A stretch of DNA of 61,418 bases from Oligoflexia bacterium (GTDB taxonomy: Bacteria; Bdellovibrionota; UBA1018; CAIPTA01; JAALKR01): contig JAALKR010000010.1 of NCBI GenBank assembly GCA_011087955.1, forward strand, positions 1 to 61,418. Direction: 5' to 3'. Of the stretch, positions 40,283 through 48,863 are shown one piece after another (within the stretch, counting starts at the first letter, position 1; every line of letters starts with the position of its first letter). The translations under genes were made by a program, and so were the position numbers. The notes beneath the pieces were generated by a model, which was not told the DNA's origin, ran no database searches, and saw only the letters and a program-made list of their open reading frames with translations.

Positions 40283-42091
40283 ATGACTGCTAATCGAGGA
40301 ATGAGCACCAATCAAAGACCAAGATTCATTGGAACACTAATTTTTGGAATAGCTCTGACGACCTTTCTGGTAGCGAATCTGGCGGACGCCCTAGTTGCAA
40401 TCACCAACGGAAATTATTTTACTGGCTTCGTAGATTTGAATCACCCGAATGCAGGACCGGGGTTTCAGTTAAAGCTAGAGCGTACTTATAACAGCCGCTC
40501 TCAATATAACGGCATTTTTGGATACGGTTGGGGTACTGAGTTTGAATCGTTTTTGGTGCCGGCTGCAGATGGTTCGGTGGTCATTCAGGAGTCTGGTGGC
40601 GGTGAGAAGACTCGTTTTACCCCTAAGGGTTTTTCAAATGGGGATATGAACAAGTTTATTACCGAGCTCATCAAAGCTAAGCAGAAAAAACAAGGTGGAG
40701 GATTCAATGCGCAAGCCTATACGGCTAAGTTGAAAAAGGACGCAGATTTCCGTGATGAGGAAGGTAGAACACTTGGCGTTATGCCAATGGTAAAAACTGG
40801 GACGAAGCTGTACTCCACTCAGCGTGGGGATAAGCAGGTAGTAACTGTGATCAAAGGTGGGTTTGTACGTGAATTTGGCACGGGCAAAATGGTTTATTTC
40901 ACGAAAAGAGCAAGCGTAAGAGATTTCGGTGTGGAAGTGTCTCGGCAGCGTGTGGTGAAGGGTGTATACAAGATCACTCGATTTGTGGACAAAGTACAAG
41001 GAGTCGACCTTAGTTTCAAATATGATGAAACAGGGAAGCTTGTGGCGATTACGGACGGAGGTAAGCAGACTTTGCGTTTTGTAACAAATACAGATGGCAA
41101 GGTCAAACAGGCTACGGATCACTTAGGCCGTGCTTCTACGTATAAGTATTGCCGTTCAAGGCGCTATAATAGTGCGCAAAAGTGCTCTGCTGGGGATTTG
41201 GTCTATTCTAAAGACGGTGCGGGTAATGAATTTATCTATGAGTATGACAATATTCATAACTTAACAAAAATCAAGTACTCAGATGGCTCTTTTGAGGAAA
41301 TCTCTTATTATCCAGCTAGCCCTCCAGGTGAGGGTGGTGCCAAAGAAGTGAAGCTTCGTCGTGGCGTGAAGATGAAGTACACCTATTGGTCAGATCCAAA
41401 AGATAAGCGTATGCATTTCAAAACAACGGTGGAGACGACCTATCGAAGTGGCCGGAAAACTATCGCTTCCTACGAATATTGGCGAAAGCGTCGCTCCGAT
41501 GGCACAGTCTATAAGCAAAAAATGGCGACCAATATTAATGGCGATAAAACAGTTACGACCTACAATGAATGCTGTGGGCAACCACTAGAAATCAAACGCT
41601 CCAGTGGTACGACTACTTTTGCGTACTACGATGATACTGGGTTGCCAAAATTAAAGAATTCGCCAACGGAAAAAGTAGGTTGGAAATACTCGAAACAGTT
41701 TCATGGTAAGGTTACTCAAGTGGCAGTGTTAGATAAGACTAAGGGTCAAAAGAAGGCACTGATTACAAAGTATCAATACAATGCAAAAGGCAATTTAGTG
41801 AGAGCCAAGACTTCTGACGGTAGAGGCGTTGGATTGCTTTATGATAGTAAAAACCGAATTAAGGCAATGATCGATCAAGAAAAGCGCAAAATCACCTTTA
41901 CATATAACAGCCTTTCGAAACCAGTAAAAATCACGCAGCAAGGAGTTGGAGGCATCACAGTAGAGTACGATGGCAAGGGTAGTATCAAAGAAGTAAACTC
42001 AAAAGGTGGACGTCAAATCGCTCTCAGCGTGACAGCAGCCTTTCAGAACCTCTTAGAGATTATCAAGCCTGCTGGAGTTCAGCCGTTATAA
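40283..42091 (+). CDS. Secreted YD/RHS-repeat protein (DUF6531-like N-terminus), Bd0109-like
   Basis: GAGG RBS, signal peptide, LERTYNSR...GIFGYGW, repeated YD/YN units; no RHS core motif. Confidence 0.88.
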   Translation: MTANRGMSTNQRPRFIGTLIFGIALTTFLVANLADALVAITNGNYFTGFVDLNHPNAGPGFQLKLERTYNSRSQYNGIFGYGWGTEFESFLVPAADGSVVIQESGGGEKTRFTPKGFSNGDMNKFITELIKAKQKKQGGGFNAQAYTAKLKKDADFRDEEGRTLGVMPMVKTGTKLYSTQRGDKQVVTVIKGGFVREFGTGKMVYFTKRASVRDFGVEVSRQRVVKGVYKITRFVDKVQGVDLSFKYDETGKLVAITDGGKQTLRFVTNTDGKVKQATDHLGRASTYKYCRSRRYNSAQKCSAGDLVYSKDGAGNEFIYEYDNIHNLTKIKYSDGSFEEISYYPASPPGEGGAKEVKLRRGVKMKYTYWSDPKDKRMHFKTTVETTYRSGRKTIASYEYWRKRRSDGTVYKQKMATNINGDKTVTTYNECCGQPLEIKRSSGTTTFAYYDDTGLPKLKNSPTEKVGWKYSKQFHGKVTQVAVLDKTKGQKKALITKYQYNAKGNLVRAKTSDGRGVGLLYDSKNRIKAMIDQEKRKITFTYNSLSKPVKITQQGVGGITVEYDGKGSIKEVNSKGGRQIALSVTAAFQNLLEIIKPAGVQPL

Positions 42092-42226
42092 GGGAAATGA
42101 GCGTTATAAGGAAAATATCCTGCTAAATGCACTTTTTAGCTGTACAAGAATTAGGCAGATACACCTAAACTTGTCAGTTCGATTTTTAAATTTCCGTCTA
42201 AGTTGTTGGTTCTATTAGTGTGTGAG

Positions 42227-42242
42227 TGGCATATGCTTTGCA
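42227..42242 (+). promoter_or_regulatory. sigma54 -24/-12 promoter
   Basis: TGGCAT-ATGCT-TTGCA, 32 nt upstream of ATG 42275. Confidence 0.75.
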
Positions 42243-42274
42243 GTATGAAGAGCAATAGAACTAGGAGAAAAGAT

Positions 42275-42523
42275 ATGCGTATTATTAAGATCGTGGCTTT
42301 ATTGATTTTTTTATCAGCAGTTCCTGCATTGGCAGTTGACAGTAGTGGACTAGGGCCTAAGGAAGACTTTGAAGCGTCTTGGGAAACTTGTTGCAATGCT
42401 GAAGTTGCTGCGAGTTCGGCTCAATGTAATTTTTGGGCAGACTCCAAAGCTGCAGAGCTTTTAGGAACACGCGCCCCTACAGAAGACGAGCGCGAGAAAG
42501 TATTGAACACTCGAGGCGAGTAA
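42275..42523 (+). CDS. Small secreted protein (82 aa, three Cys)
   Basis: AGGAGA RBS, Sec signal MRIIKIVALLIFLSAVPALA, own promoter and terminator. Confidence 0.8.
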   Translation: MRIIKIVALLIFLSAVPALAVDSSGLGPKEDFEASWETCCNAEVAASSAQCNFWADSKAAELLGTRAPTEDEREKVLNTRGE

Positions 42524-42574
42524 TTGCCTAATATTGCCGACTAAGTTTTAAACTAAATCCTAGTTCATGAGAAT

Positions 42575-42605
42575 AGGGAAGCCGACTATTACGGCTTCCC
42601 TTTTT
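42575..42605 (+). terminator. Rho-independent terminator
   Basis: AGGGAAGCCG-ACTATTA-CGGCTTCCCT followed by TTTT. Confidence 0.88.
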
Positions 42606-42787
42606 GCATATATGAGCTGCCTTTATTGAGATGGGATGAGATGAGAGTGCTTATAGTAGGCGCACGAGTGAACTATTGGACGGGACACTGTTGCTTCTTT
42701 GAGGAACTGTCTCTCTCTTAAGTCGCTGTTTAAAAAATAGTCAGTTGGGGTAGGGGGGGAAGTTTAACGTACACCGGAATTTTTATT

Positions 42788-42800
42788 TAAATCATTGATT
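42788..42800 (-). promoter_or_regulatory. IHF-binding consensus site
   Basis: Minus strand AATCAA-TGAT-TTA matches WATCAA-N4-TTR, 40 nt upstream of a sigma54 -24 box. Confidence 0.55.
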
Positions 42801-42840
42801 TCATAGGGCTATCTAAGGTTGCTCCCAAAAGGAAACACCT

Positions 42841-42856
42841 TGGCAAGATAGTTGCA
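42841..42856 (+). promoter_or_regulatory. sigma54 -24/-12 promoter
   Basis: TGGCAA-GATAG-TTGCA. Confidence 0.7.
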
Positions 42857-42946
42857 ACATAAGGGTAGTGAGCGATCAGTGCCTTGAAAAAGGTACTACA
42901 CGAGAGTGAGTTGTCACAGTTATTGTAGTTGAGAGAGGTAGTAGCG

Positions 42947-43219
42947 ATGAAGCGGTTGTTGTTAATAGTGCTAGCAGTAATGTCGTTGCAGTCGGAGATC
43001 GTGTTGGCCAAGGGTAAGTTACCCCTTGACCAAGCTATGATTGAAGAGGCACAACTGGCGGTTGGCATAGGTCAAAAGCGATTACTGTCAGAGTATACTG
43101 GCAAGAGCTTAGGGCCGAACAAGCGTACGGATGTTAAGTGTATTGATGAGGTTGCAAGCGCTCTAGGCGTTCGTAAGGCTGATATACATAGCGACATTAC
43201 GACTAAAGATGGGATTTAA
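42947..43219 (+). CDS. Small secreted protein (90 aa)
   Basis: GAGAGG RBS, signal peptide MKRLLLIVLAVMSLQSEIVLA. Confidence 0.75.
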   Translation: MKRLLLIVLAVMSLQSEIVLAKGKLPLDQAMIEEAQLAVGIGQKRLLSEYTGKSLGPNKRTDVKCIDEVASALGVRKADIHSDITTKDGI

Positions 43220-43497
43220 TTCTGTTCTTTCGGGGCTTTCGAAGGAGCAGGATTAATCCACATCGCCAATTTTCTGCGAGCCGTATTGAAAGCTTCTGGG
43301 ATTTTATGCCGTAGTTTGTCCGTTTGAGATTCAAACGTATTTTTCAATTGTTGTACAATGGCGCCCGTCCCTGTGCGCTCCACCACATGTTCCATATGAC
43401 CCTGTAGAGACTTACCCTCAAATCGCCAAGGACTCATTACTAGTGTTGCAGCGAAAATCATACCCAAAAAAAATAACATCCTAGCCAGTCTCAACAT
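43216..43497 (-). CDS. Small hypothetical membrane-anchored protein
   Basis: 93 aa with an N-terminal hydrophobic helix; overlaps the end of the upstream receiver gene. Confidence 0.65.
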   Translation of the reverse strand: MLRLARMLFFLGMIFAATLVMSPWRFEGKSLQGHMEHVVERTGTGAIVQQLKNTFESQTDKLRHKIPEAFNTARRKLAMWINPAPSKAPKEQN

Positions 43498-43861
43498 TGA
43501 ATTCCTCCAGGTATTTCTCCACTGTAAAATAAAACTCTGCGTCTGAAAATGGTGCAGTCAAAAGGTCACGGGCTCCAGATCGAATCACCTGCTCGCGAAT
43601 TACGTTTGTCGTGATATCAGTAAAAAGCACCACCTTGCGCTTGCTATCTACCGTCACTATACGCTTACAAGTCTCATAACCCGGTTCATCCATCAATTGG
43701 AGATCGATGATGGTGAGGTGAGGATCAAAGTACGTCAAATTTGGTAGAATTTTTTCACCTTCATGCATGACTTGATACTCAATGTTCATGTCGAGTAAAA
43801 GGTTGCAGAGTCGCTTTTCATAGTGTTTGCGCTTTGTAATGATAAGAGCCTTAAAGAGCAT
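43481..43861 (-). CDS. Stand-alone atypical receiver-domain protein
   Basis: IIDLQLMDEPGYETCKRI, VVLFT, GARDLLTAPF receiver pattern. Confidence 0.8.
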   Translation of the reverse strand: MLFKALIITKRKHYEKRLCNLLLDMNIEYQVMHEGEKILPNLTYFDPHLTIIDLQLMDEPGYETCKRIVTVDSKRKVVLFTDITTNVIREQVIRSGARDLLTAPFSDAEFYFTVEKYLEEFNVETG

Positions 43862-43921
43862 AATTTGAGTTTAAACTGATCTACGGTCGAATGCTAGTTG
43901 TACACGGTTACGTATTTTTCT

Positions 43922-45193
43922 TCAGTTAGCTAGTTTTGAAATAACAACGGTTTGAATTGCACGATCAGATGATTTAAATACCTTAAATTTTAAATTGCCA
44001 AAGAAAAGCTCGTCTCCGGTACTCGGAATTCGGTTAAATTGCTGGAGGAGGAACCCGGAAAGCGTCTCGTAATCGCCTTTTGGCAGGTTTGCCCCGAGTC
44101 TTTCGTTAAGGTCATCAATCTCAATGGTTACATTCACCAAATGGGCATTCTCAGAAATTCGGTGGAAGAGAAAAGTATTTTCATCAAATTCGTCGGAGAG
44201 ATTTCCTACCACTTCCTCGAGCACGTCTTCTTTCGTAATAACGCCAACTGCACCGCCATATTCATCAACGACTATGAGCATGACTGACTCTTTAGCGTTC
44301 ATCTCTGAGATTAAGGCTTCAAGTTGTTGGTGTTCCGATGCGTAAACTGCTTCGCGCATATGGTTCTCTACTGTATCTTCCAAGTTGTCTGCCGCGAAGA
44401 GGTCCATAAAATGCAAAATACCTACAATGTTATCGACTCGTTCGTCATAAACCGGAATGCGAGAGTGACGGAGAGTCTCAAACATTTCAATTGCATCTTT
44501 GAGTGCTGCATTGACCTCAATCGCATCCACATTCACCAGTGGCACCATAGCTTTACGAACTGACTGAGAATAAAACTCTAAAATATTGCGAATCATGCGT
44601 TTTTGCGTAAAGCGAATTTCTGAGCCAGAGTCTTTATCCCCAAGGAGTGAGAAGAGTTGGTCTCGAGCTAAACGGCGAGCTGTGATTGTATCTGGCGCCC
44701 CCATACCAGCCAACCGGGAGACTTGTGCGGTATAAAAGGAAAGAATTTTTACGATCGGTGAAAAGAGACCGCTAATCAGAATTAGAGAATAGGCACAAGT
44801 CACAGACCAACGAACAGAAGCCGAACGGGCTACCACCTTTGGGATGGAATCACAAAGGAGGAGGATTGTTGGAGTCAATACGGCAACCACTCGCCAGTCG
44901 CCCTCGTTACCTAAATACAGCATGGCATAAATAGTAGTTAGAGTAGTGGTGATGGCGATCGATAAATTCGTACCGAATTGTGTAATAGTCAATAGGTTCT
45001 CGATGGAATCGAGCAAAATCAGGGCAAAAGAAGCCCCGGAGCTTCCCTCTCTACGGAGGCGCTTTAGTTGGTGGCGGTCTGCAGAGATGAGTGCGATTTC
45101 CGTGCCTGTAAAGAAGGCGGCCGAAACCATGCCAAGAGCTGCAAAGACTAGCAGGATAGCTGGGGAGGAGAAAAGTTCAATGAACCCACTCAT
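43922..45193 (-). CDS. CNNM/HlyC-CorC family protein (DUF21 + CBS + CorC)
   Basis: SAAFFTGTEIAL, HSRIPVY, VVDEYGG, EDVLEEVVG, YETLSGF. Confidence 0.93.
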   Translation of the reverse strand: MSGFIELFSSPAILLVFAALGMVSAAFFTGTEIALISADRHQLKRLRREGSSGASFALILLDSIENLLTITQFGTNLSIAITTTLTTIYAMLYLGNEGDWRVVAVLTPTILLLCDSIPKVVARSASVRWSVTCAYSLILISGLFSPIVKILSFYTAQVSRLAGMGAPDTITARRLARDQLFSLLGDKDSGSEIRFTQKRMIRNILEFYSQSVRKAMVPLVNVDAIEVNAALKDAIEMFETLRHSRIPVYDERVDNIVGILHFMDLFAADNLEDTVENHMREAVYASEHQQLEALISEMNAKESVMLIVVDEYGGAVGVITKEDVLEEVVGNLSDEFDENTFLFHRISENAHLVNVTIEIDDLNERLGANLPKGDYETLSGFLLQQFNRIPSTGDELFFGNLKFKVFKSSDRAIQTVVISKLAN

Positions 45194-46191
45194 ACGGAGT
45201 CACTTTCCTCAGCAGTTTCTGCTAACTCACCAAAGATTTGTTCAAGGATCGTGCTCATGGTTACAACTCCCTCGACTGTCTTTTCATCTTTGGAGAGGAA
45301 GGCAATATGAATTCGCAATTGGCGCAGTCGCTTAAAGAGGTTTTCCACCGGCATCGATGGGTCAACAAAGACCGGATCCCTCATCAAATGAGAAACGGCT
45401 ATTTCCTCTTCATCCCGATGGGCATAGGTCAACAGATCCTTAGTGTAAAGAACGCCCACAACTTCATTGGGAAAATCACCAATGACTGGAATTCGGCGAT
45501 AGCCATGCCCCAAAATTTTGGGGATCAGATCATGAATAAAATCTTCTTTATGGATTGTAAAATACTCTTTTACCGGGACTGCAATTTCACTTGCGTGGTC
45601 ATCGTCCAACTCGAATACATTCTCAATCAGCTCTTGTTCAGACTCTCCAATCGCACCCTTAGACTTAGAATCTTCCACAACGTTCAGAAAGTCATCTTCC
45701 GAAATTTCACTCATTTCACTATGTTTGACGCCAAGGAGCTTCGATAATGAGTTCACCACAAGCTCAATGAAAATTCGTAGTGGTGCCGAAATCCAGTAGA
45801 GTAACCAAACGAGTGGAGCCAAAAAACGCGAGGCACGTATATTCGCTTTTGCCGCAAAAATTCGCGGAGTTATTTCAGCAATAATAATTAGAGGTAGAGC
45901 CGTACATAGATTGATAATCGTGATAGTTAACCAAGAGTCAAAGTGTTTGTTATAGTAGGTGGCTAAAACATTAGAGAGGAAAACGTTTGCGCACTCATTT
46001 CCGATCATTAAGGTAGCTACTAATGAGGTCGGGCGCTCTAGTAGGTGAGAGATCCACTTATATTGACGTGGAAACTTGTCCGCAATCTCTTTAAGCTGAA
46101 CTTTACTCAGCGAAAAGAAGGCCGTCTCCGAAGACGAAAATATGCCCCAGCTTAGTAGTAGCAATGCGACTGGTAGGTAGGGAAAGTCCAT
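45190..46191 (-). CDS. CNNM/DUF21 + CBS protein (no CorC domain)
   Basis: FSSSETAFFSL, IGNECAN, EITP, YRRIPV, ILEQIFGE. Confidence 0.9.
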   Translation of the reverse strand: MDFPYLPVALLLLSWGIFSSSETAFFSLSKVQLKEIADKFPRQYKWISHLLERPTSLVATLMIGNECANVFLSNVLATYYNKHFDSWLTITIINLCTALPLIIIAEITPRIFAAKANIRASRFLAPLVWLLYWISAPLRIFIELVVNSLSKLLGVKHSEMSEISEDDFLNVVEDSKSKGAIGESEQELIENVFELDDDHASEIAVPVKEYFTIHKEDFIHDLIPKILGHGYRRIPVIGDFPNEVVGVLYTKDLLTYAHRDEEEIAVSHLMRDPVFVDPSMPVENLFKRLRQLRIHIAFLSKDEKTVEGVVTMSTILEQIFGELAETAEESDSV

Positions 46192-46205
46192 TACCGGGCT
46201 CTCTT

Positions 46206-46268
46206 GCTCTTTATGAGAGGCATACTCCTCTTACGGAAGAGCACATTCCTCTTATGAAAAGGCACAAG
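46206..46268. repeat. Degenerate 21-bp tandem repeat x3
   Basis: GCTCTTTATGAGAGGCATACT / CCTCTTACGGAAGAGCACATT / CCTCTTATGAAAAGGCACAAG. Confidence 0.6.
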
Positions 46269-46305
46269 AACCCTACTAGGGTAAGTTTCTAAAGAGTCTG
46301 GTTCT

Positions 46306-48759
46306 TCAAGCTGCGTGTCCAGCTGCTGTTCTCTTGCCATTGTTGCGTGACCGTTTCTTTAACGCCCTATTTTTAGCCGTTCCACTTGGCTTTGTCGACG
46401 CAATTTTTAACGGTTTAGCGAGTGCATATTGGAAGCCATCATCGATGTGCTTTACGGGTAAGAAGGTTAGTTTCTCCTTGTACTCCTCATCTAATTCTTC
46501 TAGGTCTTTCATATTCTTTTCCGGAATGATGATCTTTGAAATTCCCACACGCATCGCAGCAAGTACTTTCTCCTTCAGTCCACCGATTGGAAGTACTCGA
46601 CCAGTTAAGGAGATTTCTCCAGTCATCGCGATATCCTTACGGACAGGAATTCCCGAAATAGAGGAGATGATTGCACAAGCCATCGCCACACCGGCAGAGG
46701 GGCCATCCTTCGGAATAGCGCCAGCCGGAATATGGATATGGAATTCATATTCAGTAAAAATTTTGTAGTCGAAACCGAAGCGTTCCGCGTTGGAGCGTAA
46801 GAAGCCAAGTGCTGCGTGTGCTGACTCTTTCATCACTTCGCCCATTTGACCAGTTAGAGTTATAGTGCCTTTACCCTTACTCATACAAGTTTCGATATGA
46901 AGAATTTCACCACCACCCTGCGTCCAAGCTAAGCCAGTAGACACCCCTATTGAATCTTCAGCTTGTGCATCTTCACGATCATAGATCGCCGGCCCAAGCA
47001 TCTTTGAGACTTCAGTCGGTGTAACCTCGGTGACATTATCGTCACCCTCTGCAACTTTACGAGCTACTTTTCGACATGCGCTTGCAATGGTACGTTCCAG
47101 GTTACGAAGACCAGCTTCACGTGTATAGTGTTGGATTAGATATGTCAGCCCATCATCTTTGAACTGAATATTTTTGTTCGTAACCCCATTTTCTTTCATT
47201 TGCTTAGGAATGAGGTATTGTTTTGAAATTTTCTCTTTTTCTTCCTCCGTATATCCAGACAGCTGGATAATTTCCATACGATCGTGTAAAGCCGGTGGGA
47301 TCGTATCCATTACATTTGCGGTCGCAAGAAACACAATATTCGAGAGATCAAAAGGCATATTGAGGTAATGGTCGCGGAAAGTATTGTTTTGCTCTGGATC
47401 TAACACTTCAAGTAGTGCTGATGATGGATCGCCTCGGAAATCGGAGCCGAGTTTATCGATTTCATCTAGCATAAAGATAGGATTATTAGCTTTGGCATGT
47501 TTCAATCCTTGGATAATCTTTCCTGGCATCGCACCGACATAAGTTCTACGGTGACCGCGAATTTCAGCCTCGTCTTTTACGCCACCTAGAGAGATGCGCT
47601 GGAACTTTCGGCCAAGAGCACGAGCAATCGAGCGACCAAGGCTTGTTTTTCCCACACCAGGGGGCCCAACGAAGCAAAGAATTGGCCCCTTCATCTCTTT
47701 ATTCAGTTTGCGAACAGCAAGATATTCCAGGCAGCGCTCTTTTACTTTCTTCAGGTCGAAATGGTCTTCGTCTAAAACTTCCTTGGCATGCTTTAGGTCT
47801 AAATTGTCTGTAGTATTCTTGCTCCATGGTAAATCAATCAGCCATTCTATATAGGTGCGCATAATGGAGGCTTCCGAAGAGTCCGGATGCATGCGCTCTA
47901 ATCGATGTAATTGTTTCAACGACTCTTGTTCACATTCTTCAGACATTTTAGCTTCGAGAAGCTTCTGGCGCATTTCAACAAATTCTTCTGCTTTAGATTC
48001 ACCATCACCAAGCTCTGATTTGATTGCACGAATTTGTTCACGTAGGAAATATTCCTTTTGTGACTTGTTCATTTCGTCCTTAGCTTGAGAGCGAATCTTG
48101 GCTTGCATCGCCAAAACTTCAAGTTCACGAACTAAGATTTCATTTACTAGACGAATGCGATCTAAGGCGTTTGTTTTTTCCAGTAATCCCTGAGCCTCTT
48201 CCATCTTTAGGCCAAGGTTGGAGGCTACAAGATCTGCTAGTCGGCCAGGTTCGGTGATATCATCCAATACCATTAGGATATCTGGAGAGAGTACTCGTCC
48301 TAAAGAAATAACTTTTTCCAGATTTTCATGAACATTGCGCATAAGCGCTTCAGCTTCTACGCGTTCTTCCATAGAGATTTCTGCTTCGTCAATTTTATCG
48401 ATATTTACTTGAAAGAACGGATCAGTTTGGTTGTAGTCCTTAATTTTAGCTTTTGTTAAACCTTGTGCAAGAATTTTGATGCGGCCATCAGGTAGTTTGC
48501 GCATTCGCATGATCATTGCGACAGTACCCATCTTGTAGATGCCGTCTGGAGCTGGAAATTCGTCTCGAGTGTCCTTTTGAGAAACTAAAAAAATTAGTCG
48601 GTCTTTAGAGGCGAGTGATTCTTCAACTGCCTTGATAGAGCCTTCTCTCCCTACAAAGAGAGGGAGAATCATAAACGGAAAAACCACTATGTCTCGCACT
48701 GGTAGCATTGGTAAGTTTTCGGCGACCTCTATCTGCTCGCCTTCATAATTCGTCAGCAT
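46306..48759 (-). CDS. lon: ATP-dependent protease Lon
   Basis: GPPGVGKTS, GHRRTYVGA, LDEIDK, PKDGPSAG, IGGLKEK. Confidence 0.99.
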   Translation of the reverse strand: MLTNYEGEQIEVAENLPMLPVRDIVVFPFMILPLFVGREGSIKAVEESLASKDRLIFLVSQKDTRDEFPAPDGIYKMGTVAMIMRMRKLPDGRIKILAQGLTKAKIKDYNQTDPFFQVNIDKIDEAEISMEERVEAEALMRNVHENLEKVISLGRVLSPDILMVLDDITEPGRLADLVASNLGLKMEEAQGLLEKTNALDRIRLVNEILVRELEVLAMQAKIRSQAKDEMNKSQKEYFLREQIRAIKSELGDGESKAEEFVEMRQKLLEAKMSEECEQESLKQLHRLERMHPDSSEASIMRTYIEWLIDLPWSKNTTDNLDLKHAKEVLDEDHFDLKKVKERCLEYLAVRKLNKEMKGPILCFVGPPGVGKTSLGRSIARALGRKFQRISLGGVKDEAEIRGHRRTYVGAMPGKIIQGLKHAKANNPIFMLDEIDKLGSDFRGDPSSALLEVLDPEQNNTFRDHYLNMPFDLSNIVFLATANVMDTIPPALHDRMEIIQLSGYTEEEKEKISKQYLIPKQMKENGVTNKNIQFKDDGLTYLIQHYTREAGLRNLERTIASACRKVARKVAEGDDNVTEVTPTEVSKMLGPAIYDREDAQAEDSIGVSTGLAWTQGGGEILHIETCMSKGKGTITLTGQMGEVMKESAHAALGFLRSNAERFGFDYKIFTEYEFHIHIPAGAIPKDGPSAGVAMACAIISSISGIPVRKDIAMTGEISLTGRVLPIGGLKEKVLAAMRVGISKIIIPEKNMKDLEELDEEYKEKLTFLPVKHIDDGFQYALAKPLKIASTKPSGTAKNRALKKRSRNNGKRTAAGHAA

Positions 48760-48785
48760 CCAAATACCCTCTCATGTCACGAAAC

Positions 48786-48812
48786 TGTTCGGAAAGGGTC
48801 CGTGGAAGCTTA
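48786..48812 (-). promoter_or_regulatory. sigma28-like promoter upstream of lon
   Basis: Minus strand TAAG-N15-TCCGAACA, 26 nt before the ATG. Confidence 0.55.
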
Positions 48813-48863
48813 ATGAGAAAAATTTAGCGTGTGTTAAAAAACTCTTTTAGAATCAGGGTTTTG

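Noticed and set aside
42203-42274. Upstream extension of the small secreted ORF
   Set aside because: Spans the sigma54 promoter; ATG 42275 has the AGGAGA RBS and begins the signal peptide
43922-46191. Tandem 'hemolysin' genes as toxins
   Set aside because: DUF21-CBS-CorC proteins are Mg/Co transport-related, and tandem pairs are common
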